From Ignavibacteriales bacterium (GTDB lineage: Bacteria > Bacteroidota > Ignavibacteria > UBA10030 > SZUA-254): a stretch of 64,000 bases of DNA. Of the stretch, positions 55,163 to 63,420 are shown piece after piece (position 1 is the first letter of the stretch; every line of letters begins with the position of its first letter). The notes beneath the pieces are model-generated. The model was not told the DNA's origin. It saw nothing but the letters and a program-made list of their open reading frames with translations, and did not search any database. The DNA lies in NCBI GenBank assembly GCA_016214905.1, contig JACRMQ010000007.1, forward strand, positions 631,695-695,694. Direction: 5' to 3'. The position numbers and the translations under genes are program-made.

Positions 55163-56197
55163 ATGGATAATTATATCTCTGGAAGTATTCATACGCATGC
55201 AGGCGATGTTTTGAGGGTCACCGAAACATTAAGTTTGACCGATCATATCGGTGCAGTGAAGGTGCGTTGGGGAATTAACAGAAATAATTATCGAGTGAAT
55301 CCCGGTATATACATAATTGGATCTCCCGATGATAAATCTGATGTATTCATTTCTGCGAATTATAAGTTAAGCTTCGATACATTACGGAAGAATCTCACCG
55401 GACTGAACGCTTGGATATTAGTATTAGATACTGAGGGCATTAATGTATGGTGTGCAGCGGGTAAGGGAACTTTCGGGACGAAAGAACTTGTACGTCGGAT
55501 CGGACTGACAAACATCGAAAAAATCATTTCACATAAATACTTGATTGCCCCTCAACTTGGGGCATCGGGAATTTCAGCCCACAGAGTCGAGGAACAGACA
55601 GGGTTCAAGATCAGATTTGGTCCGGTCAGATGCTCTGATATAAAAAAATATATTTCGGCGGGCTATAAGGCAACACCGGAAATGCGAAAAGTGAATTTTC
55701 GGTTTACTGACCGTCTGAAATTAATTCCTGTAGAATTGGTTTTTGGGAGATATTACCTTCTCACAGTCCTTGCAATATTCTTTATCCTAGCGGATCTTAA
55801 CAAGGGTGGGTATTCAGTAGATCTTGCTTGGACCACGGGTGGCCGCGCTGTCGTGAATATTCTCGTTGCCTATTTTTCGGGAACAACTTTAACACCAATG
55901 TTTTTGTCAATGATTCCAGGAAGAAGTTTCGCATTCAAAGGTTTTTTAACCGGCATGCTGGTATCAATTATGTTGAGTATTCTTGGCTGTACGGGATCTT
56001 CATTAATAGAAAGAATAAGCTGGATTTTAATTGTCACAGCAATATCTTCATTCCTGTCGATGAATTTTACGGGCGCTTCTACGTTTACATCTTTGTCAGG
56101 AGTAAAAAAAGAAATGAAAATTGCCATGCCACTGCAGATCATAAGTGCGGGCTTGGGATGTATCATGTGGATGTTATCTCTGTTCTATATGCCATGA
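55163..56197 (+). CDS. hgcA: Mercury methylation corrinoid protein HgcA
   Basis: The cap-helix signature GINVWCAAGKGTFGT matches N(V/I)WCA(A/G)GK. Preceded by ANYKLSFDTLRKNLTGLNAWILVLDT and followed by a ~5-helix TM domain. Confidence 0.85.
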   Translation: MDNYISGSIHTHAGDVLRVTETLSLTDHIGAVKVRWGINRNNYRVNPGIYIIGSPDDKSDVFISANYKLSFDTLRKNLTGLNAWILVLDTEGINVWCAAGKGTFGTKELVRRIGLTNIEKIISHKYLIAPQLGASGISAHRVEEQTGFKIRFGPVRCSDIKKYISAGYKATPEMRKVNFRFTDRLKLIPVELVFGRYYLLTVLAIFFILADLNKGGYSVDLAWTTGGRAVVNILVAYFSGTTLTPMFLSMIPGRSFAFKGFLTGMLVSIMLSILGCTGSSLIERISWILIVTAISSFLSMNFTGASTFTSLSGVKKEMKIAMPLQIISAGLGCIMWMLSLFYMP

Positions 56198-56490
56198 GCA
56201 AACTCGTCTATTTAAAAAATGTAGTCACATTAAAGCTCGACTCCGAGAGATGCAATGGATGTAGAATGTGCATTGAAGTATGTCCCCACGATGTTTTTGG
56301 GATTGCGAATAAGAGAGCATTTATTAAGAACAAAGATTATTGCATGGAATGCGGAGCGTGTGCAAACAATTGTTGTGAAGGGGCAATTTATGTCAAATCG
56401 GGTGTTGGTTGCGCGACGGGTATTCTTAATGGATTTCTCCGAGGTGGAGAACCAACATGTGATTGCTCCTCCGATGCTTCATGTTGTTGA
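56194..56490 (+). CDS. hgcB: Mercury methylation ferredoxin HgcB
   Basis: 98 aa. Two 4Fe-4S motifs (CNGCRMCIEVCP; CMECGACANNC, containing the C(M/I)ECGAC signature) and a C-terminal Cys-Cys. ATGA overlap with hgcA. Confidence 0.85.
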   Translation: MSKLVYLKNVVTLKLDSERCNGCRMCIEVCPHDVFGIANKRAFIKNKDYCMECGACANNCCEGAIYVKSGVGCATGILNGFLRGGEPTCDCSSDASCC

Positions 56491-56493
56491 ATT

Positions 56494-56593
56494 TGGTTGA
56501 TGAAGTTGTAAACGTGATGGGAAAATATTTGTTAGTAATGTGGAAGATGTGATAAAGAGTAGAACAAACGAACGCGGACAGAGTGCAATTTGA
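56494..56593 (+). pseudogene. Remnant of a P-II family gene (3' end with internal deletion/frameshift)
   Basis: 56516-56590 translates DGKIFVSNVEDVIKSRTNERGQSAI*, compared with [26 protein letters not shown] in the intact gene at 44033-44374. Just upstream, in another frame, LVDEVVNV matches MVDEVVSV. No N-terminal part or start codon is present. Confidence 0.7.
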
Positions 56594-56651
56594 AATATAA
56601 ACCTCCGCATACTTTGATTTATTCTTCCAATAGTTTACATAGAAGATCGTT

Positions 56652-57593
56652 ATGAAGATACAACATACATTTAACGATGAACACAACCACGATTTCCATG
56701 AATCGAAGCGACACATAGAGAAGAGAACATTAATTGTCGTTTTATTAACTATCGCGACTATGGCGACAGAGATTACGGCGGGAATGATGTTTCACTCGAT
56801 GGCTCTCCTCGCCGATGGTTGGCATATGGGCACACACGCAACGGCATTAGGAATTTCACTACTGGCATACGTGCTGGCACGACGCCATTCTTTGGATAAA
56901 CGTTACGCCTTTGGAACGTGGAAGATAGAAATCCTTGGCGCATATACAAGCGCGCTCATTCTCGGGATCGTTGGGCTCTCGTTAGTTGTCGCATCTGTCG
57001 ACCGCTTAATGAATCCTCAAGCTATCGATTACACTTTAGCAATTATTGTTGCTGTTGCCGGTTTGCTGGTTAATATCTTCAGTGCGTTCATTATGAGTAC
57101 AGGTAGTACACATAAACATTCCTCTCACTCTGAAGCTTCACATTCTTCTCACACTCATCACGACTTAAATCTTCGGTCAGCGTATCTCCACGTCCTTGCC
57201 GATGCCGCAACATCGGTGCTTGCAATTGCCGCTCTTATTGGAGGGCAAATGTTTGGATGGATTTGGCTCGATCCTATGGCAGGATTAGTCGGCGCAGCCA
57301 TGATTGCCCGATGGACTGTTTCTCTCTTGCGTGACAGCTCAGCAATTCTGTTGGACAGAGAAATGGATTCGCCGTTGGTGGAACGAATAAGAACTGCTAT
57401 TGAAGTTGATGGCAGCAGCAAGGTGAATGATCTTCATCTGTGGCGGGTCAGCGACGCGCGCTACGCATGCATTGTGTCGGTATGTTCAACTGTGCCGCAT
57501 TCAGTCGAACGCTACCGGAAAACATTAAGTGGTTTTAAAGAGATTACACACCTAACTATAGAAACACATTGGCACGAAGAATATGCCAAATGA
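56652..57593 (+). CDS. Cation diffusion facilitator (CzcD/ZitB-like) transporter
   Basis: Six-TM CDF core (ALLADGWHMGTHA, HVLADAATSV), His-rich loop HKHSSHSEASHSSHTHHD, and a C-terminal cytoplasmic domain. Confidence 0.9.
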   Translation: MKIQHTFNDEHNHDFHESKRHIEKRTLIVVLLTIATMATEITAGMMFHSMALLADGWHMGTHATALGISLLAYVLARRHSLDKRYAFGTWKIEILGAYTSALILGIVGLSLVVASVDRLMNPQAIDYTLAIIVAVAGLLVNIFSAFIMSTGSTHKHSSHSEASHSSHTHHDLNLRSAYLHVLADAATSVLAIAALIGGQMFGWIWLDPMAGLVGAAMIARWTVSLLRDSSAILLDREMDSPLVERIRTAIEVDGSSKVNDLHLWRVSDARYACIVSVCSTVPHSVERYRKTLSGFKEITHLTIETHWHEEYAK

Positions 57594-58133
57594 ATTTTTT
57601 GTGTTTGAAGTGATAATATAACAATTTCAACACCACAAGTCTTTTTCCCCTGAACCTAAATCTGCTGTGTTTGCTCACAGAGTCTTGAAGAACAATCCGG
57701 ACTATAGCTCACTGGCAACATTTGTCATGTTTTTCTGAATTCAAGTAATTTATTTTGATCTGTACAATATCCACACTGCAAATCAAACAATGGCATTCTA
57801 GGTTCTGGATTTGACTTTTCCTTTTTCATCTATTATATTCTAGCTGTGTGAACCGCCTCCCGAGCAATAGCTTCGACTTTTATATAGCCGAAACTATATA
57901 ATTAACAAATCCGCGTAATTTCTGATTACACATAAAGAGCCAATTAACGAAGAACTGTATTCATTGTTATTCAATGACTATGTTAGTATATTTTATTTAT
58001 TGCAAATAACTATTTAATTCAAAGAGTCCAATAGACCTTCGAGTCACAGAGACCTAACCGCGCTTTTCGGATCGCATTTCCGATGAGCGGGTTCAGGTCT
58101 TTTTATTTTCTATTTATATTAGAAAGGTACTCG

Positions 58134-58364
58134 ATGGATCCATTGAAAGATTATAAACGTACTCGCCTTCCATTTAACAAGCTGCTGAATATATCTCCCG
58201 ATACAAAAGAGGTACTGCTAAATAACTATGGCAATGTGCGAGCGATACTCGACGATGGTATTGTTATCATCCAAACAAAAAAGCTAAAAGGTCAGCAAAG
58301 AGAACTTATTCAAATCGATACAAATGTTCAACCACCTACACTCAAGTTTATAATTGAGGATTGA
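58134..58364 (+). CDS. Small hypothetical protein (76 aa)
   Basis: ATG 58134 within the tracked ORF. No motif recognised; included only because the region is otherwise gene-free. Confidence 0.3.
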   Translation: MDPLKDYKRTRLPFNKLLNISPDTKEVLLNNYGNVRAILDDGIVIIQTKKLKGQQRELIQIDTNVQPPTLKFIIED

Positions 58365-58591
58365 AGAAAGAATATTAATCTCTGTGTGATCGATTGAATA
58401 ATTGAAGCACGAGTAGATGTAGATAAGGATAAATATCAATTTCTAATATTTATACAATCAAAGCAACTCGATTTCATTGACGGTGATCGAGACTCTGGGA
58501 AAAAATACTCAAGCCCGCAGTAATATCAATTTAATTGGTGCAGTAAGAAGAAGAGAACTAAGGAAAACCTCTATCTTCGCGGGTAGGAGTT

Positions 58592-59536
58592 GTGCTCGAA
58601 GAATTCATCGGAGGCAGTCACGCAATCTGTAAATTGCGAAAATCGCTTCCTACATTTTCAAATGACGTAACACCTTTAGTGATTATAGGTGAGGCGGGAG
58701 TAGGCAAACATCTGTTTGCATCGCATATCCATGCTTATTCCCCGAGATCCAACTTAGAACAAATTTCACTCAACTTTTCTCTTCTTTCCGATCGTGATCA
58801 ACGAATAGCACTTTTCGGTTGCGGACCTCCCGAACTCTCATCAACACGAAAAAGTGTTCTTGAACACCCCACCACGGTAATACTCAAACATATAGATAAA
58901 GCTAATCATTTTATTCAGAATCAACTTGCTACCTCAATGGCAGCTAACCTTGTTACTCGTCCAGGATTGAATGAATCATTCCGAATTACTGCTCGTCTTA
59001 TATTCACCTTCCAAAAACCAATTCCAATCTTATTAAAGAAAAATCAAATCTCATTACAGTTAGCAGAGATTATCCAACCTTTCAAATCCATTTCTATCCC
59101 GCCTCTTCAAGAACGTCAAGAAGATATCATATTGCTCGCAAAGTACTATCACCTAAAATATCGTTATCAATATCCCCGATCCACAATTCGCTGTTTAACT
59201 TCAGATAATAAGATTGATCCCGATCTTTTACATTTGATAACCACTCATCGCTGGAAGGAAAATGTTCGTGATCTCACTGCATACCTTCGCTCAATTATTG
59301 TCTTCCCTTATGATGAAGAGCTTAACCATCCTGAGAAACTTGAGGTTATGAAAATGTTGACAATGATCGATGCTGGAAATGAATTTTCATTACCGGAGTT
59401 TCTTTCTAAGATCGAGCGAGGTTTTGTCGAAAGAGCCATCAATAAATATCAAGGGAAAATGACAAAAGTTGCCCAAAAGTTAGGGTTAACCGAAGGAGCA
59501 ATTCGAAAGAAACACAAGCCAAACAGATCAATTTGA
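58592..59536 (+). CDS. Sigma-54-interaction-domain (AAA+) regulator with Fis-type HTH, degenerate and lacking a receiver domain
   Basis: Walker A IIGEAGVGKHLFA. RWKENVRDL corresponds to WPGNVREL. C-terminal HTH MTKVAQKLGLTEGAIRKK. The GAFTGA loop position reads GCGPPELSSTRK. Confidence 0.65.
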   Translation: MLEEFIGGSHAICKLRKSLPTFSNDVTPLVIIGEAGVGKHLFASHIHAYSPRSNLEQISLNFSLLSDRDQRIALFGCGPPELSSTRKSVLEHPTTVILKHIDKANHFIQNQLATSMAANLVTRPGLNESFRITARLIFTFQKPIPILLKKNQISLQLAEIIQPFKSISIPPLQERQEDIILLAKYYHLKYRYQYPRSTIRCLTSDNKIDPDLLHLITTHRWKENVRDLTAYLRSIIVFPYDEELNHPEKLEVMKMLTMIDAGNEFSLPEFLSKIERGFVERAINKYQGKMTKVAQKLGLTEGAIRKKHKPNRSI

Positions 59537-59725
59537 TTAGCTGATATGGATTGACTTTTCATAGAAACCATCATGTTTTCGAGGAATTACCTTTATGAAC
59601 GGTTTCTACATTTTTTTGAATAACAATGATTTTCGTTTGTTTTACGGGAAGAATTTTTGAAATAATCGTACAAAAATCCTGCTTGTCTCACCGTCATTCT
59701 CTTTGTTAATTACTACCGAAAAATT

Positions 59726-59800
59726 AAGTGCTGCTGTATAACTAACTTTTTTAAAAGTGCTGTTATAGCATAACACGAATTTATAAAACTGCTGTTATGG
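59726..59800 (+). promoter_or_regulatory. Three direct repeats (consensus AARTGCTGTTAT) upstream of the integrase-like gene
   Basis: aagtgctgctgtata (59726-59740), aagtgctgttatagc (59755-59769), aaactgctgttatgg (59786-59800). Spacing is 29 and 31 nt. Confidence 0.5.
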
Positions 59801-59838
59801 TCATTTTAGTAGCTATATAGAAAAAATATTTTGGAGAA

Positions 59839-60741
59839 ATGTCAGTGATAAATGAATCAAATCAATCGTTGGATGATCAAATCAAACTCCCCCTGCTTGC
59901 TGAATTCATAGAGAAGCTAAGGTTAAAGAAACATACTCAGGGGACATTGCAGGCGTACCAATCTGACTTAATTAAATTTTCACATTACCTTTCCGGAATA
60001 GATATCGGTTCAAGCGAAGAAAGTGCTTTGAATGTCACTCCCCAGCATATCGAATCGTACATCCAAAAATTTATTCAAACTGGCTCTAAATTCTCAACGA
60101 TACGAAGGACTTTAATAGTTATCAAAACGTACTTCGATTACCTACTCGGAAAAAAGGTCGTTATCTCGAATCCGGCTGCTTCCATCAAGTTTTTTCCTGT
60201 GTATAACGATATCCTTGATGAAGAAAAAATTCTTTCTATGCTTCAGTATCTCATCGCTCACCAGCAAACCGATAACCAATCCCTTTTGATTCGCTACAAA
60301 CGAGATGAGCTCATCCTGATGTTCATGCTGCTCTATGGTGTCAGGCAATACCATATTCCGATATTGAGATTGTCTTCAATTCAGCAGAACGGTCAGTCGG
60401 TAATCATCAATGTCAATGACAATTTTAGTTTCAAGCTGAGCGGTGCCATGCTTCTCCAGCTTCATGACTATCTTTCATCTCGGAATACAAATGCTGATAG
60501 AATATTCCACGATCCGTTAAGCGGGAAACCGATATCAATTTCTTGCAATAGAATTCTATTGCAGGAACTAAACTACGCTTTGCATCTTGATTGCACTCCG
60601 CTGGTACTTCATCATACACACCTCTATCTGAAAAATAGACATGGTTTGATGAATGAACTTCTACAAAAAATCAGTTATCTGCATTCGCAAGCCACGGATC
60701 ATTCAAAATATTTGATTCAAGGGGTATCGACTTATGCGTAA
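59839..60741 (+). CDS. Tyrosine-recombinase-like protein (XerC/D-type fold, active site apparently degenerate)
   Basis: N-terminal SAM-like core-binding domain (FIEKLRLKKHTQGTLQAYQSDLIKFSHYL). LLYGVRQYHIPILRLSSI corresponds to LLYxTGLRxSE. The HxxR box reads LHHTHL. Confidence 0.55.
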   Translation: MSVINESNQSLDDQIKLPLLAEFIEKLRLKKHTQGTLQAYQSDLIKFSHYLSGIDIGSSEESALNVTPQHIESYIQKFIQTGSKFSTIRRTLIVIKTYFDYLLGKKVVISNPAASIKFFPVYNDILDEEKILSMLQYLIAHQQTDNQSLLIRYKRDELILMFMLLYGVRQYHIPILRLSSIQQNGQSVIINVNDNFSFKLSGAMLLQLHDYLSSRNTNADRIFHDPLSGKPISISCNRILLQELNYALHLDCTPLVLHHTHLYLKNRHGLMNELLQKISYLHSQATDHSKYLIQGVSTYA

Positions 60742-61120
60742 TGCGTTTCCGATATCCCTATTTTTCATTCTGAGCTTTGTGCAATGCAATATGCCAAATG
60801 TTACAGACGATCCGGCTCTTGTGAGTAATCTCCGTTTTTCACCAAGCGCGTTCGACTCATTCAGAAGAAATACAGAGCTGAAATACACTCTAAAAAATCC
60901 ATCTGAAGTTAGCATTTATATCATGAAGAAAGACTCTTTGCAAAATGACGTACTTGTCAAAACTCTTGTTGAGAATGCCGTCGAAACGAAAGGCACTCAT
61001 TCAACTACCTGGCTTGGTGAAACTAATCAACGATACTTTGCTCCGGTCGGTATCTATTTCGGCGTCCTCAAAATCGGTTCACGCCGCTTTGAAACATCAG
61101 TCCAAGTCTTTCACTTTTAA
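60734..61120 (+). CDS. Lipoprotein with FlgD-Ig-like beta-sandwich domain
   Basis: Lipobox-like SFVQC. LRFSPSAF...TELKYTLKNPSEVSIYI...GTHSTTWLGE...GIYFGVLKIG resembles FlgD Ig-like / T9SS-CTD-like folds. Confidence 0.45.
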   Translation: MRNAFPISLFFILSFVQCNMPNVTDDPALVSNLRFSPSAFDSFRRNTELKYTLKNPSEVSIYIMKKDSLQNDVLVKTLVENAVETKGTHSTTWLGETNQRYFAPVGIYFGVLKIGSRRFETSVQVFHF

Positions 61121-61241
61121 ATAATCATGAACAAAAGAAGCATAACTAATAAAAATCAATAATTAACAATTAATCATTAACTATTCACAATTCACAACTC
61201 ATAATTCATCCTTTATCCTTCATAATTATAAAGAGGTTCTT

Positions 61242-62114
61242 ATGTGCACACACTATTTTTCCCGAAGCATGAATCGCCGACTTGCCTCTGCAACAAGTCC
61301 GGTTCTCCTTCTAATTTTCCTCGTGCTCGGTGCAATTCTCTGGATTGCCGGTTGCAACAAAGATACACCGATCGCAGTTACGACAAAACCACCATTGGAA
61401 GTCCAATCTGGAACAACCGGCGAAGAATTTCTCATCAGTGTTCTCGATGAAATCGATAACATTACTGAGTACGTTCTGCGAAACGGAAATACATCTCAGC
61501 AAAAGATGACACTGAATGAGCTAAGTTCGGCTCTGCCAACCAAACAACGTAAAATGGTGGTATCATCCACGACAATCGACACCACTTATATTTATGGTGA
61601 AGTCACTAAGGATGGATATTGTGCCGTAGTCACTGAAAAGCACGCCTATCCCAAGGGCATACTCCTTATCACAGTCCGTAAAACCTATGGTAAACCACCA
61701 ATTGCGATTGTTTCGGAAACGAAAAAGTTCATTTCCGAACAGGATTTTCTAAATGATACGACTCAACAGTCAACAATCTCCGAAGTTTACGGTCTCTCAA
61801 TCGATACGATCGTCACTCATGTCCAGAGAAATGGTGTAGTGGAGACATACACTTTCCGTTTACCCGTTATTACAAGCATTCTTAATCCGCAAGACGGAAC
61901 CGTCCGGGTTACAAAACGTTACGGAGGTTCAGGCGCGGTTTATTCTGAAGTGAGAGACGGTTACAATAACCTGATTCAGGTACGGATCACTAGTTGCGGT
62001 CCGGAAGGGGAAGTCATCACATATACAGAATATCCCGATGCATCATGGCGGAATGTCAAAGTGTTCGGACAATCTGACGGCTCAATCCTCCGGGAAATTA
62101 CCTCCGGTCCATAA
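61242..62114 (+). CDS. Hypothetical lipoprotein
   Basis: Signal peptide plus lipobox WIAGCNKD. No motif recognised. Confidence 0.45.
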   Translation: MCTHYFSRSMNRRLASATSPVLLLIFLVLGAILWIAGCNKDTPIAVTTKPPLEVQSGTTGEEFLISVLDEIDNITEYVLRNGNTSQQKMTLNELSSALPTKQRKMVVSSTTIDTTYIYGEVTKDGYCAVVTEKHAYPKGILLITVRKTYGKPPIAIVSETKKFISEQDFLNDTTQQSTISEVYGLSIDTIVTHVQRNGVVETYTFRLPVITSILNPQDGTVRVTKRYGGSGAVYSEVRDGYNNLIQVRITSCGPEGEVITYTEYPDASWRNVKVFGQSDGSILREITSGP

Positions 62115-62183
62115 TAGGAGTAGAGTGTGATTCCCCGGAGGGGATTCCCTCGGAACGTAATCGCACCATCTCCCGGCTCGAAT

Positions 62184-62235
62184 ATCTCCCCCTTCTCTTC
62201 AAGGCTTGTCCTGAGCTAAGTCGAAGGGGGGAGAT
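62184..62235. repeat. REP-like hairpin element (gtcctgagc...tcgaagg family)
   Basis: atctcccccttc (62184-62195) pairs with gaaggggggagat (62223-62235) around ggcttgtcctgagctaag. Confidence 0.65.
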
Positions 62236-62278
62236 TACAGAGGGGGTCAAAAAAACTATGATAAAAAGACATACATAC

Positions 62279-62379
62279 AATCTCTCTTCTCCGACAAGGC
62301 TTGTCCTGAGCGATCCCGCTAGAAGAGCGGGAGAGTCGAAGGAGGGAGATTATAACTTGTCCCGCACGAATGTGCGGGA
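62279..62379. repeat. REP-like element, second copy, plus adjacent GC hairpin
   Basis: aatctctcttctccgac...ggcttgtcctgagcgatcccgctagaagagcgggagagtcgaaggagggagatt (62279-62351), then tcccgcac-gaat-gtgcggga (62360-62379). Compare gtcccgc-atcgaa-gcgggac at 21519-21538. Confidence 0.65.
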
Positions 62380-62395
62380 GTAGGGGTCATAAAAC

Positions 62396-63034
62396 GTGAA
62401 ACAAAAAATAATATCAATTCTATTTCTTTTACTTGAATTATCTAGTGCTGGTTATGCTCAATCATCAGCCATAATAAGCGCGGTTGATTCTCTTGATATG
62501 AAATTACTTGAAATCGAAATCTCCAAAGCGGACCTTCAAGTTCGCCAAACAAATTTCTGGCATCGGATTGTTCCACAAATACATGTCTCAGCAAGTCTCG
62601 GCATGAAGGATATAATCTTTGTTAATCCAACGAACTTTGTTCCCTATATCCTGCCCAAAGATGCATACCGGTTATCAATTAGTATTTCCATTAATGAAAT
62701 TCTCGACTTCGATAAGCACACAAACGTTGAGCTCGAATTGGAACAACTTCATACGCGTTATAATCGGTTAAAGAAACAACAAAGCAATGAACGATCTATT
62801 TTAATTCTACAATCAATTGAACTTGATTCACTCTGTGCGATGGCAAAAGATGAGCTGAAGCTGAAGGAAGATATTCTCAAGTTCAAGACCTTATGCTTTC
62901 AACAGGGGAAAATTGAATTCGATGAATTTCTCAAATCGCAGTTGGATCTTTTGAGCGTTAGAAAATCACTAATCGGGATCAATAAACAAAGAAAAGAACT
63001 CTCTTGGATACTATATGGAGGAAATATCAAATGA
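62396..63034 (+). CDS. Secreted coiled-coil hypothetical protein
   Basis: Signal peptide (LELSSAGYAQS). Helical heptad-like sequence faintly reminiscent of a half TolC repeat. GTG start. Confidence 0.4.
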   Translation: MKQKIISILFLLLELSSAGYAQSSAIISAVDSLDMKLLEIEISKADLQVRQTNFWHRIVPQIHVSASLGMKDIIFVNPTNFVPYILPKDAYRLSISISINEILDFDKHTNVELELEQLHTRYNRLKKQQSNERSILILQSIELDSLCAMAKDELKLKEDILKFKTLCFQQGKIEFDEFLKSQLDLLSVRKSLIGINKQRKELSWILYGGNIK

Positions 63035-63411
63035 AATATTGTTTACCGTTTGTCTTATTCATTCTTTTTAATTCAAACATCATTGGTGGAACCGTCCCCC
63101 GGCATTGTCCCATCCACCACACATCGGGAAGGGGGAGTGATTCGCTAAACAATGAATCAGTCACTCTTACCCTCCCGACTCCTTTATACCGGAATGATCA
63201 AATCTCACTCACTCTTGAATGCGATACTTATATCGAGCTTCGTCTTTATAATATTCTTGGTCAACTTGTTACGGTATTCGCAGATGGAAATTATTCGACT
63301 GGAATATATCATTTCTATCTAAGTGATGGAGATTATTCTTCTGGTGTCTATTTTCTTGCTTTAAAGACCATGGATGCAAGAGATATAAAGAAAATCATTT
63401 ATCTCAGGTAA
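63031..63411 (+). CDS. Small T9SS C-terminal sorting domain protein
   Basis: ATGA overlap with the upstream gene. The C-terminus IELRLYNILGQLVTVFADG...SGVYFLALKTMDARDIKKIIYLR is a T9SS CTD. Confidence 0.65.
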   Translation: MKYCLPFVLFILFNSNIIGGTVPRHCPIHHTSGRGSDSLNNESVTLTLPTPLYRNDQISLTLECDTYIELRLYNILGQLVTVFADGNYSTGIYHFYLSDGDYSSGVYFLALKTMDARDIKKIIYLR

Positions 63412-63420
63412 TATTCGAAA

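Noticed and set aside
55828-56193. N-terminal 122 codons of the tracked 220-aa ORF 55828-56490.
   Set aside because: This part is an alternative frame inside hgcA. Only the last 98 codons, from ATG 56194 (ATGA overlap with the hgcA stop), form the ferredoxin HgcB.
57790-57830. A 33-codon - strand ORF (MKKEKSNPEPRMPLFDLQCGYCTDQNKLLEFRKT) in the gap after the CDF gene.
   Set aside because: It is too short, with no motif and no convincing RBS. It cannot be supported from sequence alone.
440-63000. All remaining - strand ORFs in the track (for example 5989-6537, 6777-7193, 10042-10407, 16314-16676, 29075-29521, 34700-35140, 35752-36171, 44189-44644, 47645-47983, 48153-48515).
   Set aside because: Each lies entirely inside a + strand gene that has strong motif support. 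They are antisense shadow ORFs.
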